A stretch of DNA of 32,000 nt from Desulfocapsa sulfexigens DSM 10523 (GCF_000341395.1 NC_020304.1:420001-452000), one strand, 5' to 3'; positions 1-9,622 are shown, numbered from the stretch's first letter. Numbers and translations: made by a program. Notes: generated by a model not told the origin, from the sequence alone.

Positions 1-22
1 GAGCTGATTTCATATTCGGATT

Positions 23-2467
23 TTAACCGCTTGTGCCATTCAAACCTTTTTTCAAAATATTCTGCAGCTGATCCATGATGTAGGAGGCTTCTTTTTTCAG
101 ATTCTTAAACAGCTGTTCACAGCCACCAAGGTTTCCTTCTCTTCCCTGCGTCTCCAGAGTATTGCAAATTTCGGACATCATGACGGCCCCCACTGCGCCG
201 TTCATTGATTTCATAGTATGGGCCGCCTGGTGTAAGGCTTCGACATCCTGATTGCTGATTGCATCAGCCAGGGACTGCATTAAGATTGGAGCTCTCTCAA
301 AATAGCTTTCAATAATACCCCTGATAATGTCAGGTCCGCCCTGTTGTTGTATTTGGAGGTAACTCTGCAACATTTGAACATCAAAGCGCATTTTTTCAGA
401 TGGCAGATCATCCCCCTCATCATTCTCCCTGACGGTTCCACTCGTCTCCTGCTCCCATCCAGATGCCCATCTACTGAGGACAGAGTGAAGGTCCTTCTGA
501 CATAGAGGTTTGCTCAAATAGTCATCCATTCCGGCTGCAAGACAGCGTTCACGGTCACCACTCAACGCGTGGGCTGTCAGGGCTATTATAGGAGTACGAG
601 AGCTTCCGTTCTGTTTTTCGAACCTTCGTATTTCATCAGTTGCCATATAGCCATCAAGCTCGGGCATCTGGCAGTCCATGAAAATCAGATCATATTTCTT
701 CCGTTTAACTGCTTCAACTGCCTCTCTGCCATTTACGACCAGATCTACCCTGCAGCCAAAAAATTTCAGCATCGCCTCGGCAACAATCTGATTGGTCCGG
801 TTATCCTCGGCAAGGAGTACCTGGTAGTCATATATCCGGTTCTCCAGCACCTGTTCCTCCTCCTGGTATTCTGACAGAGCAGTGTCCTGATCTTGAGGGA
901 TCTGCAAAAGAATGGAAAACCAGAAAACCGAACCTTTCCCGGGTTCACTTTCCACATCAATTGTTCCCTCCATCATTTCCACCAGTTGCCGTGAAATTGT
1001 CAGCCCCAGACCAGTCCCCCCATATTTTCGTGTTGTACTGCTATCTGCCTGGGAAAAGGTGTCAAAGACAGTTTTTATCTGTTCTCTAGCAATCCCGATT
1101 CCGGTATCACGCACCTCAAAACGCAACAGGCATGCCCCATCCCGCAGTTCTACAAGTAAGGCATTAACATTCACACTGCCGTGATTGGTAAATTTAATTG
1201 CATTACCAATGAGGTTAATAAGAATCTGACGTAATCGTGCCGGATCGCCATAGACGATTCTGGGAACACCTTCTTCAACACTAGTGGTCAGGGATAATTT
1301 TTTTTCATTGGCTGCCTGGGAAAACAAATCATAAACGGATTCGATCATCTCCCTGAGATCAAAATTGATTCTATCAAGTTCAAACCTCCCCGCCTCGATC
1401 TTTGAAAAATCAAGAAGCTCGTTGATTACATACAGAAGGTCTTTTCCGGAAGCGTGAATGGTTTGAACAAGCTGTCTGTGTTTCTCTGGCAGGTCTGCAT
1501 GAAGGAGCAAATCAGCCACCCCGAGAACCCCGTTCATTGGCGTTCTGATCTCGTGACTCATGTTGGCAAGAAATTCACTTTTGGCACGATTGGCTGCCTC
1601 AGCAGCGTCCTTTGCTGCGAGCAGTTGAACGGTCCGGTCTGCAACTTTTTGCTCAAGGGTCTGCTGGTATTGTTTAACTTCTTTTTGCGAAGTGCGCAGC
1701 CTGTCTGTCATCATGTTGAAATTCTCAGCCAAAACAGAGAGTTCAAGTCCACCTTCTATTTCAATACGACCAGTCAGATCACCTGTAGCGATTTTCTGGG
1801 TCGCCTTCGTCAGTGTTTTAATAGGGTTCGTGATTTTTCTGGTCAGGAACAGGGTTGCAAGTATGGCCAGGGTAAGAATACTGAAGGTAAGGGTAAAAAT
1901 TGCCCGTATGGCGTCATTAATCTGCTGACGCATGGGCTGTTTTGAGAGAATTAGACGGACGTAGCCGATCACTTCCGGCAAACCACTCTCCAGAGTACCA
2001 TCATCAAGCTCCAATGAGTCACTGGTTGATCCCTGATTGACAATCGGACAAATAAACTGAATATCTTCCTCCTGTTCGAAAACAGTTACAACATCTTCAA
2101 AAGAAGAGTTGTCTTCCTTCGGTCCTGCAGGGAAGTCAGGGAGGGGGGCTGGCTTGAAACCAGTAACATGGTATTTTTCAATAAGTACCGTTTTATCGGC
2201 ACGAAGCAGAGACAGGTAAACGGTTTCTTCATCTGTTATCACTGTTGCATGCTGAAGGCTCTCCCGGTCTTCGGCAAAAACCGCATATTCGCTGAACCTA
2301 GCTATCAGCTTACTTTTTTCTGTCCCTTGAGTCAGCAGAGCTTCAAGTCCGTCAAGGTGTTTCTGATATACTTCAACAGCTGTTATGCATAGACCTGTAG
2401 TCAGAACCAGGAATATTGACAAGAGGTTGAATTTACCAGCTAGACTTGATCCTTTTCTGTGGCTCAT
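23..2467 (-). CDS. Hybrid sensor histidine kinase (periplasmic sensor, HAMP, HisKA, HATPase_c, REC, C-terminal HPt)
   Basis: 814-aa ORF. Two TM helices ([19 protein letters not shown]; [19 protein letters not shown]) flank a ~150-aa periplasmic segment. H-box [10 protein letters not shown] (His codon 1553-1555). G-boxes DTGIGI and GGTGLGL. Receiver [14 protein letters not shown] (Asp codon 674-676) plus SKPL. HPt motif HTMKSMNG (His codon 218-220). SD GAGGA lies ~10 nt upstream of the ATG at 2467. Confidence 0.9.
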   Translation of the reverse strand: MSHRKGSSLAGKFNLLSIFLVLTTGLCITAVEVYQKHLDGLEALLTQGTEKSKLIARFSEYAVFAEDRESLQHATVITDEETVYLSLLRADKTVLIEKYHVTGFKPAPLPDFPAGPKEDNSSFEDVVTVFEQEEDIQFICPIVNQGSTSDSLELDDGTLESGLPEVIGYVRLILSKQPMRQQINDAIRAIFTLTFSILTLAILATLFLTRKITNPIKTLTKATQKIATGDLTGRIEIEGGLELSVLAENFNMMTDRLRTSQKEVKQYQQTLEQKVADRTVQLLAAKDAAEAANRAKSEFLANMSHEIRTPMNGVLGVADLLLHADLPEKHRQLVQTIHASGKDLLYVINELLDFSKIEAGRFELDRINFDLREMIESVYDLFSQAANEKKLSLTTSVEEGVPRIVYGDPARLRQILINLIGNAIKFTNHGSVNVNALLVELRDGACLLRFEVRDTGIGIAREQIKTVFDTFSQADSSTTRKYGGTGLGLTISRQLVEMMEGTIDVESEPGKGSVFWFSILLQIPQDQDTALSEYQEEEQVLENRIYDYQVLLAEDNRTNQIVAEAMLKFFGCRVDLVVNGREAVEAVKRKKYDLIFMDCQMPELDGYMATDEIRRFEKQNGSSRTPIIALTAHALSGDRERCLAAGMDDYLSKPLCQKDLHSVLSRWASGWEQETSGTVRENDEGDDLPSEKMRFDVQMLQSYLQIQQQGGPDIIRGIIESYFERAPILMQSLADAISNQDVEALHQAAHTMKSMNGAVGAVMMSEICNTLETQGREGNLGGCEQLFKNLKKEASYIMDQLQNILKKGLNGTSG

Positions 2468-2483
2468 ATTTTGCTTTTCCTCA

Positions 2484-3440
2484 CTAGTAAACCTCCGCGG
2501 CCTCTTGAATCAGAAGAGGATCAAGTGTCAGGCGAAGATGGTCTGCAGTTTTCAAATTCAGCTCATACATTACCTTCTCGGGGGTGACTGGTGCGATATC
2601 ACTCACCTTCGTTCCAGAGAAAATTTTTTCTGCAATCACACCACATTGCCTGCCCAAATCCATATAATCCCATGTGAGAGCAAAAAGTGCCCCTGCTTTC
2701 ACCCAGGATGAAGAAAGGCCGACGAAAGCAATATGGTTACGGAAGGATGAGAGCAGCACAGCCTTGGCCGTTTTATTTGAATAAACCGTATTGTCCGGGA
2801 TCCCAAGCAACATACTTGCTTTTCGACCAAGGGATTTGAGTGCAGGGGGAAGATCTGTAATCGTTGCCACCGGGATTGCATCAATCTCGATGCCAAACTG
2901 TTCTGCACTTTTTTTCATGACGGCAACTAACTGGCTGTTTTCCTCAGGATTGTACAGTATGGCTATACGGTCAATGGCGGGGAAGAAACGTCGGACCCAC
3001 TGAAGCCGGACCTCTGGAGGATAACATAACAGAACACCTGTTGCCCTGGGAGAGTGAACAAAAACCTGCTCGTTCAACACCATGGCTGCAACCAGTGGTA
3101 CATCGGGAATTGAGTTCAAGCCAACTTGGGTTGCGTTTGAACCAATGGTTAACAGAAGAGCCGGCTTTTGCTCATTGATTTCCTTTATAATTTTTCTGTT
3201 CTCTTCCTCTGTTCTTTGTAAAAAGTAATGCTCAAATCTTGCATCCGGAAACTTCTCAAGCACCTGTTTCCTGAATCCTTCGATCACCAGAATGCAGTAT
3301 TCAGAGTTATGACTGCTCAATGAGACTATGGGCGATCTTTCCATGGCCAAAAGGCCCCGCCAAGCAAGAACAACACAAAATATCACTCCAATCAGGATGA
3401 GGTACAGTGATGATGACCATTTAGGCATTGCTGAACGCAT
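2484..3440 (-). CDS. Periplasmic solute-binding protein of the ABC_sub_bind (PF04392-like) type; no permease or ATPase partner in the window
   Basis: 318-aa ORF with an N-terminal signal-anchor ([16 protein letters not shown]). Family-typical blocks read by eye: [61 protein letters not shown] lies 5 nt upstream of the ATG at 3440. It starts 12 nt after the receptor stop, and its stop lies 16 nt upstream of the kinase start. Confidence 0.7.
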   Translation of the reverse strand: MRSAMPKWSSSLYLILIGVIFCVVLAWRGLLAMERSPIVSLSSHNSEYCILVIEGFRKQVLEKFPDARFEHYFLQRTEEENRKIIKEINEQKPALLLTIGSNATQVGLNSIPDVPLVAAMVLNEQVFVHSPRATGVLLCYPPEVRLQWVRRFFPAIDRIAILYNPEENSQLVAVMKKSAEQFGIEIDAIPVATITDLPPALKSLGRKASMLLGIPDNTVYSNKTAKAVLLSSFRNHIAFVGLSSSWVKAGALFALTWDYMDLGRQCGVIAEKIFSGTKVSDIAPVTPEKVMYELNLKTADHLRLTLDPLLIQEAAEVY

Positions 3441-3452
3441 TGGATCACCTGA

Positions 3453-5468
3453 TTAAAATGAATAATCGAGTTTAACTCTAAATGTACGACCATCCTGATC
3501 AATGGCGTCCTGATAATGTTCTTCCGAAGCGGGATAGGCATATTTTCGATCGAAAAGGTTGTATATGCTTGCTGACAAGGTCACACCTTTAATCACATTC
3601 TTGCTGAGAAAAGTAAGATTTGTCAGGAAAAAATCATCGGTCATATTCTCATTTAATGTCTTACGCCCACTTTCATATTGCACTTCCAGGCCTGCCATCA
3701 GTTTGTTTTCTAAAAGAGGAATCATGACATTAGCCTTAGCCATATTGAGCGGTGAATTAACCATCCTTTCACCAGTCGATTTGTTTTTGGCGTTCTGGTA
3801 GGAATAACTGACTGATCCAGCCCACCCGTTATCCCAACGCCCCTCAATCTGAACCTCTCCTCCCATGGCTTCTGCCTTCCCTAGATTTTTAAAAACAAGC
3901 AGTTCATCGGCAGGGTCTGTGGTCAGGACAAGCAGGTCTTTAATCTTGTTATGGTAGGCTGAAAATACTGCCCGTGTATTCTCAGTAATTTTTTGCTCTA
4001 CTATGACCTCAAAGGTTTCAATGGTCTCAGGAACGAGATTATCAGCAAGCTTCTGTGTGATATCTCCGTCGTGGTAATAGAGTTCATATGCATTGGGTGC
4101 TCTAAAAGCGGTACCATAGAGCAGTTTCAGATTAGTTCGGGAAAGAGGCGTATAGATGAGGGCAATCCTGGGATTTGTAGTGGAACCAACTGTATCGAAA
4201 TAGTCGTAGCGGACTCCCAGATTAAGAAACAGATTATTCAGAATCCTGATTTCATCCTGCAGAAAAAACGCCCAGGTAAAATCGTTTGATTTGGAATCAA
4301 GATACAGCTCATAGGCATCCCATTCTTCCTGCTCCTGACGCAGACTGTCACGAAGTTCTGCTCCAAAGGTCAGTTTTTGCCCTTCAAGCAGGGAAAGAGT
4401 TGCTGAAGCTTCAGCTCCCCACCATCTGCCCATGGCCCAGTCAGAAAATTTCTGGAGATCTGAGAGATCACCTTCTTCGGAGTAGTCAACGATCCAGTCG
4501 CCATCATATTGATACTGGTCATAGTAGAGACGACCAGTCAATTCGATTGAACTCTCTGTTAAATGTTCGTATTTAAGATCAAGATATGAGTGTTTATCCC
4601 AGGTGCGGGTACCGGAATCATTGAATACCGTATCATAGGGTGCTGTTGGAACGCCTTTCTCCCGATTCACATATGCGCCTTCCAGAGTAAAATCACCAAA
4701 AGAAAGTTTGCCAAAAAGGTTCTGGAAGTTTTCATCATCAGCTCCGGCTGCAATGCCATGGTTACTGGCTGGATCATCAAATGCCTCAAAGTAAAGATCA
4801 TCCCCGTTGCTGTCGTGGTAAGTACCTGAGATAAGTAGCTCGAAGCCGTTAGCAAAACGTTTTCCGTAACTCAGGCGTCCCTGGTAACGATCGAAACTGC
4901 CGGCTGCTCCTGAAACTTCACCCCCTTGAAAATCCCGGCCTTTTTTGGTTATCACATTGACCACTCCAAAAAAAGCACTGTTACCGTACAGGGATGAGCC
5001 TGGCCCGCGCACCACCTCAACTCGATCGATAAGATCAACATCCAGGATAAAGCCACCATCAATGTAGCCACTGTCGTAGATGTTGTCATTCATCCGGTGA
5101 CCATCGACCAGTTGTAGAAACTTGCTGTTATAATCTCCTCCAATACTGAAACCACGTGAACCGGAATACCCGTAGTTACGATCATAATTCAGATAAAATC
5201 CGGGTAAACTGTTGAGGATATCGGCAAGTGTCCTATACCCATATCGCTGGATTTCCCTGGCAGTAACGATACTGATTCTGGCTGGTGCTTCGGTAACTTT
5301 CTGGTCGTATTTAGAAGCTGAGTAGACTGAGGCAATGTCCTGAAAGAGTATTTCTTCGCTTGCCACTTCACCCAATCCCAGATCATCTGACTGAGCCATT
5401 CCTGAGACAGGCCAGGCCAGAGTAGACAAAGCAAAAAGCATACCTGCGACTTTACAGTACGATTTCAT
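3453..5468 (-). CDS. TonB-dependent outer-membrane receptor
   Basis: Signal peptide MKSYCKVAGMLFALSTLAWPVSGMAQ. Plug-domain blocks (VTEAPARISIVTAREI, LPGFYL, RGPGSSLYGNSAFFGVVNVITK). Long beta-barrel ending in the terminal Phe motif (RVKLDYSF). I prefer the ATG at 5468 (SD AAGGGA 7 nt upstream) over the TTG at 5486 used in the ORF track. Confidence 0.85.
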   Translation of the reverse strand: MKSYCKVAGMLFALSTLAWPVSGMAQSDDLGLGEVASEEILFQDIASVYSASKYDQKVTEAPARISIVTAREIQRYGYRTLADILNSLPGFYLNYDRNYGYSGSRGFSIGGDYNSKFLQLVDGHRMNDNIYDSGYIDGGFILDVDLIDRVEVVRGPGSSLYGNSAFFGVVNVITKKGRDFQGGEVSGAAGSFDRYQGRLSYGKRFANGFELLISGTYHDSNGDDLYFEAFDDPASNHGIAAGADDENFQNLFGKLSFGDFTLEGAYVNREKGVPTAPYDTVFNDSGTRTWDKHSYLDLKYEHLTESSIELTGRLYYDQYQYDGDWIVDYSEEGDLSDLQKFSDWAMGRWWGAEASATLSLLEGQKLTFGAELRDSLRQEQEEWDAYELYLDSKSNDFTWAFFLQDEIRILNNLFLNLGVRYDYFDTVGSTTNPRIALIYTPLSRTNLKLLYGTAFRAPNAYELYYHDGDITQKLADNLVPETIETFEVIVEQKITENTRAVFSAYHNKIKDLLVLTTDPADELLVFKNLGKAEAMGGEVQIEGRWDNGWAGSVSYSYQNAKNKSTGERMVNSPLNMAKANVMIPLLENKLMAGLEVQYESGRKTLNENMTDDFFLTNLTFLSKNVIKGVTLSASIYNLFDRKYAYPASEEHYQDAIDQDGRTFRVKLDYSF

Positions 5469-5746
5469 AACAATTCCCTTCTGCAAATAGCCGGATTAAT
5501 ATCTATCTGGTACAACATTTCCAGTTCATACGTTATGGTACATGGAGGAGCACGGTTATTGCGTCCATTTTTCCAGGTACAACTCTTAAGCATCCTCACT
5601 TATAAGTCTATCACAGGACCCCTCCGACATTCAAGAGAGGCAGATCATTCTCCTGACTCTTACAGAGAAATATTGCTTTTCCCCTCTCTCGTGCTACCAT
5701 TGAAAAGTTGCATCAACAAAGAACCTTATCGATTGGAAGTGAAACC

Positions 5747-6442
5747 ATGAAATCATTGTCTGTCTTCTGTGTAAGTCTTTGCTGCACCGTAATGAGTTAC
5801 CTGCCATCCGCCTATGCAGTTGACGCCAGGTGGCATTTCATCGACACCTTTGAAGGGGTGAATCTCTATCGTGCCCAGGAAAACAAGGAAGGGCTTCTCC
5901 CCTTTAAAGCCACAGCGGAGCTTGACATCCCCTATCAACAGATAGTTAAGACCCTCGTCGATACCGAAAAAAAACAGCAGTGGGCACCAAAACTCAAATC
6001 AACGACCATTCACAATCAATTTTCAGCAAACCGTTTCGAGTACAGCGAATACTACACCACACCCTGGCCTTTTGAAGATCGGGAATTCCTGCTCATGGGT
6101 ACAGTGACATACGAAAAGGATCAGATCCTCTTTTCAGGAGTGAACTCTACAAATAAGGCCCTGGCTGCTGATGATCACACCCTGGCTAACGTCGATATTC
6201 TTGAATTTGCAATCTTTCCATTGGATGCACAGCGCAGCCGGGTAGAATTCACCTTTTCCGGCGATATGGGCGGCTGGATTCCGGATTTCGTCAAGACAAT
6301 TATCCAAAAGAAATGGCCGGTACGGTTCATCCAGGCCCTGCAAAGCTATATTAACGAAAACCCAAGCCTTGACACTCTGAGATATAAGAATTTAGAGAAA
6401 GGTGAGGTGGTCTTTTCAACCAGACTGTCCACCCAGTCATAA
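5747..6442 (+). CDS. Secreted START/SRPBCC-fold (lipid-binding type) domain protein
   Basis: Internal ATG at 5747 gives the signal peptide MKSLSVFCVSLCCTVMSYLPSAYA. START-like blocks: PWPFEDREFLLMGTV and GDMGGWIPDFVKTIIQKKWP. The 13-aa extension in the ORF track has no signal-peptide character. Confidence 0.6.
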   Translation: MKSLSVFCVSLCCTVMSYLPSAYAVDARWHFIDTFEGVNLYRAQENKEGLLPFKATAELDIPYQQIVKTLVDTEKKQQWAPKLKSTTIHNQFSANRFEYSEYYTTPWPFEDREFLLMGTVTYEKDQILFSGVNSTNKALAADDHTLANVDILEFAIFPLDAQRSRVEFTFSGDMGGWIPDFVKTIIQKKWPVRFIQALQSYINENPSLDTLRYKNLEKGEVVFSTRLSTQS

Positions 6443-6910
6443 AAGCCCCTCTCTTTTCCTGGAATTACCAGTAGCTTTTCGGGAAAATCTTCCCTCTGGT
6501 TATTTTTTTCTTGCAGAAAAATACGTTATAGAGCATTATAGGCAAAGACGTTCGAGTTCTACTTTAAGTAGAAGCATGTTCTTTCACGTATTCCCGCCTA
6601 AGTTGTTCTCTTCGTACATCATTCGCTATCGTAGAAATTATTTGCTAATCACCCGAGAGAAACAGCATAAAACTGCATACCAACAGCCGCTCCTGCATTA
6701 CTACTGAATTGGAATCAAGAAATTCTTTTCCAGCAGGAATCTTTTGGCAAATGCCTCAACACAGTATTCTCTCAAAAATTTACCGATAGAGCAGAAATCA
6801 ATCCTCACTGATTGTCAACATACCAGCAGCAACAAGCTGCATTATAGAGTACGGGTGGGAAAAATGATTTCATACCCCCAGTACTTATCTATCCCCCAGA
6901 AGGAGTTTTA
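6443..6910 (+). promoter_or_regulatory. Long 468-nt intergenic leader/promoter region upstream of the DEAD-box helicase gene
   Basis: No credible ORF. Possible sigma70 elements TTGCAG-N17-CATTAT near 6510-6545. Small hairpin TTCTACT/AGTAGAA near 6560-6580. A 15-codon uORF (6864-6911) has a stop that overlaps the helicase ATG. The strong helicase SD GAAGGAG is at 6899-6905. Confidence 0.35.
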
Positions 6911-8140
6911 ATGAGTTTCACAGTATTCCAGTTTCACCCCCAGATCCAGAAAGCCCTTGATACTAGTGGCTATGCATCACCTACCCCCATTCAGGCACAA
7001 TCTATCCCTCCGGTCTTAGCCGGACGTGATCTTCTTGGCCTTGCCCAGACCGGCACAGGCAAAACCGCAGCTTTTGTTCTCCCCCTCCTGCAGCGCCTGC
7101 ATACTGGCCCAAAGGGAAAGGTTAGAGCTCTGATTATTGCCCCTACCCGGGAACTTGCAGAACAGACCCATAGCTATATCATCAAGATGGCAGAACATAC
7201 CCACCTGCGCAGCATGGTAGTTTATGGTGGAGTCAGCAAGCAGTCCCAAATCAATGCTATCCGGAAAGGTGCAGAGATTATTGTAGCCTGCCCGGGTCGT
7301 CTCCTTGACCTGGTAAACACAAAGATCATCAATCTCTCCACCGTCGAGATGCTGATCCTGGATGAAGCAGACCACATGTTCGACCATGGCTTTTTACCAG
7401 ACATTCGACGGATTTTGAGTAAGGTTCCACGGCAGCGACAGACCCTTGTCTTCTCCGCCACCATGCCCAAAGAGATTCGTTCCCTGGCAGAAGACATTCT
7501 CACCAATCCTGCCACCGTGCAGATCGACCATACCAAACCGACGGCATCGATCTCTCACTCATTTTACCAGGTTGAACAGAGAAACAAGACAAACCTGCTT
7601 CAAAAGATTCTGCTACAAAAAGAAATTACAACAGCCATTGTTTTCACCAAAACGAAACACAAGGCCAAGAGTCTTGCCTACCAACTGCAAAAAACAGGTT
7701 GCAGAGCAACTTCTCTTCAAGGCAACCTTTCGCAACAGAAACGACAGTTAGCCCTGGAAGGATTCAAAAGCGGAACATACAATGTTCTCGTAGCCACCGA
7801 TATTGCCGCTCGCGGCATCGATGTTTCCGGAATTTCTCATGTAATCAACTTTGACATGCCTTCAACAGCAGAAACGTATACCCACCGTACCGGACGAACA
7901 GGACGGGCAAGTTGTAGCGGTGAGGCATACACCTTTGCAACCCCGGACGATAATAAAATGACCAGAGCCCTTGAACGTTCTTTAGGGAAAAAGCTGGTGT
8001 ACAAAAAAGAATCGGGCCTTAAAGAAAAGATGCAGTTTTCAGGAGATAGAAGAGAACACCAACCATCCGCCGGGATCAGTAAAAAAGTGTCACTCACCGC
8101 GGGAACAAGAAAATTCCCCCGGAGCCAGACCGTAGCATAA
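6911..8140 (+). CDS. rhlE: DEAD-box ATP-dependent RNA helicase, RhlE-like
   Basis: Q-motif GYASPTPIQ, Walker A AQTGTGKT, PTRELA, DEAD, SAT, HRTGRTGR, and a basic C-terminal tail. 409 aa. Confidence 0.93.
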   Translation: MSFTVFQFHPQIQKALDTSGYASPTPIQAQSIPPVLAGRDLLGLAQTGTGKTAAFVLPLLQRLHTGPKGKVRALIIAPTRELAEQTHSYIIKMAEHTHLRSMVVYGGVSKQSQINAIRKGAEIIVACPGRLLDLVNTKIINLSTVEMLILDEADHMFDHGFLPDIRRILSKVPRQRQTLVFSATMPKEIRSLAEDILTNPATVQIDHTKPTASISHSFYQVEQRNKTNLLQKILLQKEITTAIVFTKTKHKAKSLAYQLQKTGCRATSLQGNLSQQKRQLALEGFKSGTYNVLVATDIAARGIDVSGISHVINFDMPSTAETYTHRTGRTGRASCSGEAYTFATPDDNKMTRALERSLGKKLVYKKESGLKEKMQFSGDRREHQPSAGISKKVSLTAGTRKFPRSQTVA

Positions 8141-8177
8141 CAGCAGTATTAATATAGCAATAGCAACAAAACAGTTA

Positions 8178-8201
8178 CCGGATCGTATTTAGACGATCCG
8201 G
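8178..8201 (+). terminator. Perfect 9-bp hairpin between the helicase gene and csp (terminator, attenuator or processing site)
   Basis: CCGGATCGT (8178-8186) pairs with ACGATCCGG (8193-8201) around a 6-nt loop. It starts 38 nt after the helicase stop. The downstream tract is only weakly T-rich. Confidence 0.35.
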
Positions 8202-8252
8202 CTCTATTACAAAAAGGTTCTTAAATGAACCAGCACAAAGGAGTAGTACACA

Positions 8253-8453
8253 ATGGCCGAAGGAACAGTTAAATGGTTTAATGATTCAAAAGGTTTTGGT
8301 TTTATAGAAGAAAATGGTGGAAAGGATGTCTTTGTTCATCATTCAGCAATTCAGGGCGACGGTTTCAAGTCTCTCGACGAAGGTGCACGAGTAACCTTTG
8401 ACATTGTCGATGGCCCTAAAGGACCAGCTGCAGAGAATGTTGTCAAACAGTAA
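8253..8453 (+). CDS. cspA: Cold-shock protein, CspA family
   Basis: 66 aa. RNP1 KGFGFI and RNP2 VFVHH motifs. SD AAAGGAG lies upstream of the ATG. Confidence 0.95.
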   Translation: MAEGTVKWFNDSKGFGFIEENGGKDVFVHHSAIQGDGFKSLDEGARVTFDIVDGPKGPAAENVVKQ

Positions 8454-8471
8454 CACATTTCTTTGACAGGA

Positions 8472-8520
8472 GAGCAAAAGACCTCGCTAAATGCAAGGCC
8501 TTTTGCTCTCACAATATTTT
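8472..8520 (+). terminator. Rho-independent-type terminator after csp
   Basis: GAGCAAAAG (8472-8480) pairs with CTTTTGCTC (8500-8508), followed by TCACAATATTTT. Confidence 0.5.
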
Positions 8521-8554
8521 CACACCGAATATACGAAACCAACAGGAAAATACC

Positions 8555-8728
8555 TTGGCCAGAACAAATTATTCATACGAGAAACGCCAGAAAGAATTAG
8601 CAAAGAAAAAAAAGAAAGAAGAAAAAAAGCAGCGCAAGATTGCGAAACAGGAGGATACGACCGAGCAAAAAGACGATCTATCTTCGTCTGAAGATGGTAG
8701 TGACAACTCCTTGTCACAGAGCATCTGA
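8555..8728 (+). CDS. Possible small (57-aa) highly charged protein with a TTG start
   Basis: Below the length cutoff of the ORF track. Reading from the TTG at 8555 gives (M)ARTNYSYEKRQKELAKKKKKEEKKQRKIAKQEDTTEQKDDLSSSEDGSDNSLSQSI. SD AGGAAA at 8544-8549 lies 5 nt upstream. Hairpin GTGACAA/TTGTCAC (8699-8716) and a T-run follow near the stop. Confidence 0.35.
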   Translation: MARTNYSYEKRQKELAKKKKKEEKKQRKIAKQEDTTEQKDDLSSSEDGSDNSLSQSI

Positions 8729-9117
8729 CCGTTTTTTTGTTCCACACCTTCAACATCGCCTCTGCTTGAGGCTTGTTCCTCCACTGTCACAATAACGTTC
8801 TCATGACAGACTGCCCTCCCCCCCCTGTGTGGTAAGTACGTAAAATAGCCTCGGTCTTCTGTGGTGGAAATCTTCGTGAATACTGCTCCAAAGGGCGATT
8901 TGTACCCTGCGATCTCTTTTTAAAAGATCCCTGTCACCGATATTTCTGATGCTCTTTTAGATCCAGAAGGAAAGGCCAGCCCCACAATCAGTTCCCCATT
9001 TTCATTTTATCCTTTCGAACAGTTTTAGGTAACAGCCCCCCTTTTTTTACTGGCACCCTGATCTTTTCGGGTTTTATCGCCATCGAATGCTCTCTTTACT
9101 TTTGTTTTCTGCAATCA

Positions 9118-9620
9118 TTGTATTACTATGTGCTCCTTCAAGGAGAATCACGAGATAAAAATGCACTATCGTCCATAGCAAATCTTGTCCTGATATTTGG
9201 ATTTTTATTCGTAATTTCCTGCTATAAAGACCGACAGGATGGAAAATCAAGCTTTATGGTCAGAAAGAACGCGACATCTTTTGTACGGAAGTACTCCCAT
9301 ATACTTGGCAGTGATGATGCGAAGGTGTATATTGTCGAGTTTATAGATCCAGCGTGTGAAACTTGTGCAGCATTTGTCCCCTTTATAAATAGGGAAATTC
9401 CTTTTTCAGGTTGGACTTGATATGGAACGGCTCAAACCGGACATAAAGAATCCTGCAATTACCGCACTTGTTACGCAGGATCTAGCTAACGCCAAAATCT
9501 TAAATGTCCGAAAGACACCTACCTGGACTTTATCAACAACAAACCGTTACAGGAGGTCTGGTTTACGCTGAACTCCGAGAAGCTTATCAGAAAGAGAAGT
9601 GCAGACTTACGGATTAATTA
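9118..9620 (+). pseudogene. Decayed DsbA/thioredoxin_4-family thiol:disulfide oxidoreductase gene
   Basis: The first frame carries a TM segment and the active-site block VYIVEFIDPACETCAAF, then stops at 9418-9420. The +1 frame continues with a C-terminal-type block VGLDMERLKPDIKNPAITALVTQDLANAKILNVRKTPT. A third frame gives YLDFINNKPLQEV...LIRK. About 90 residues normally found between the CXXC and the C-terminal block are missing, and there are at least 2 frameshifts. Confidence 0.55.
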
Positions 9621-9622
9621 AC

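Noticed and set aside
1-13. Minus-strand ATG at 13-11, 9 nt after the kinase stop, possibly starting another gene (perhaps the missing response regulator)
   Set aside because: Only 4 codons are visible and there is no SD, so this cannot be supported from the window.
5469-5746. Possible riboswitch (for example cobalamin) ahead of the TonB-dependent receptor
   Set aside because: I found no B12-box-like sequence or other riboswitch core on the minus strand. The space is a divergent promoter region shared with the START gene.
6402-6707. 101-aa ORF spanning the START gene 3' end and the helicase leader
   Set aside because: It has a GTG start inside another gene, an unprotein-like composition (SSSTLSRSMFFHVFPP..., RYRRNYLL) and no SD. 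I treat the region as untranslated leader.
8491-8691. 66-aa ORF from the track in the purine-rich stretch after csp
   Set aside because: Its ATG sits inside the csp terminator loop and has no SD. The alternative frame (8555-8728) has an SD and a more coherent product. At most one can be real, and neither is certain.
9046-9065. TGGCAC-containing sequence resembling a sigma54 -24 element. A second case is TGGCCA-N5-TTTCG at 26978-26993.
   Set aside because: The -12 GC dinucleotide is absent at the required spacing in both. The second case also lies inside the hairpin.
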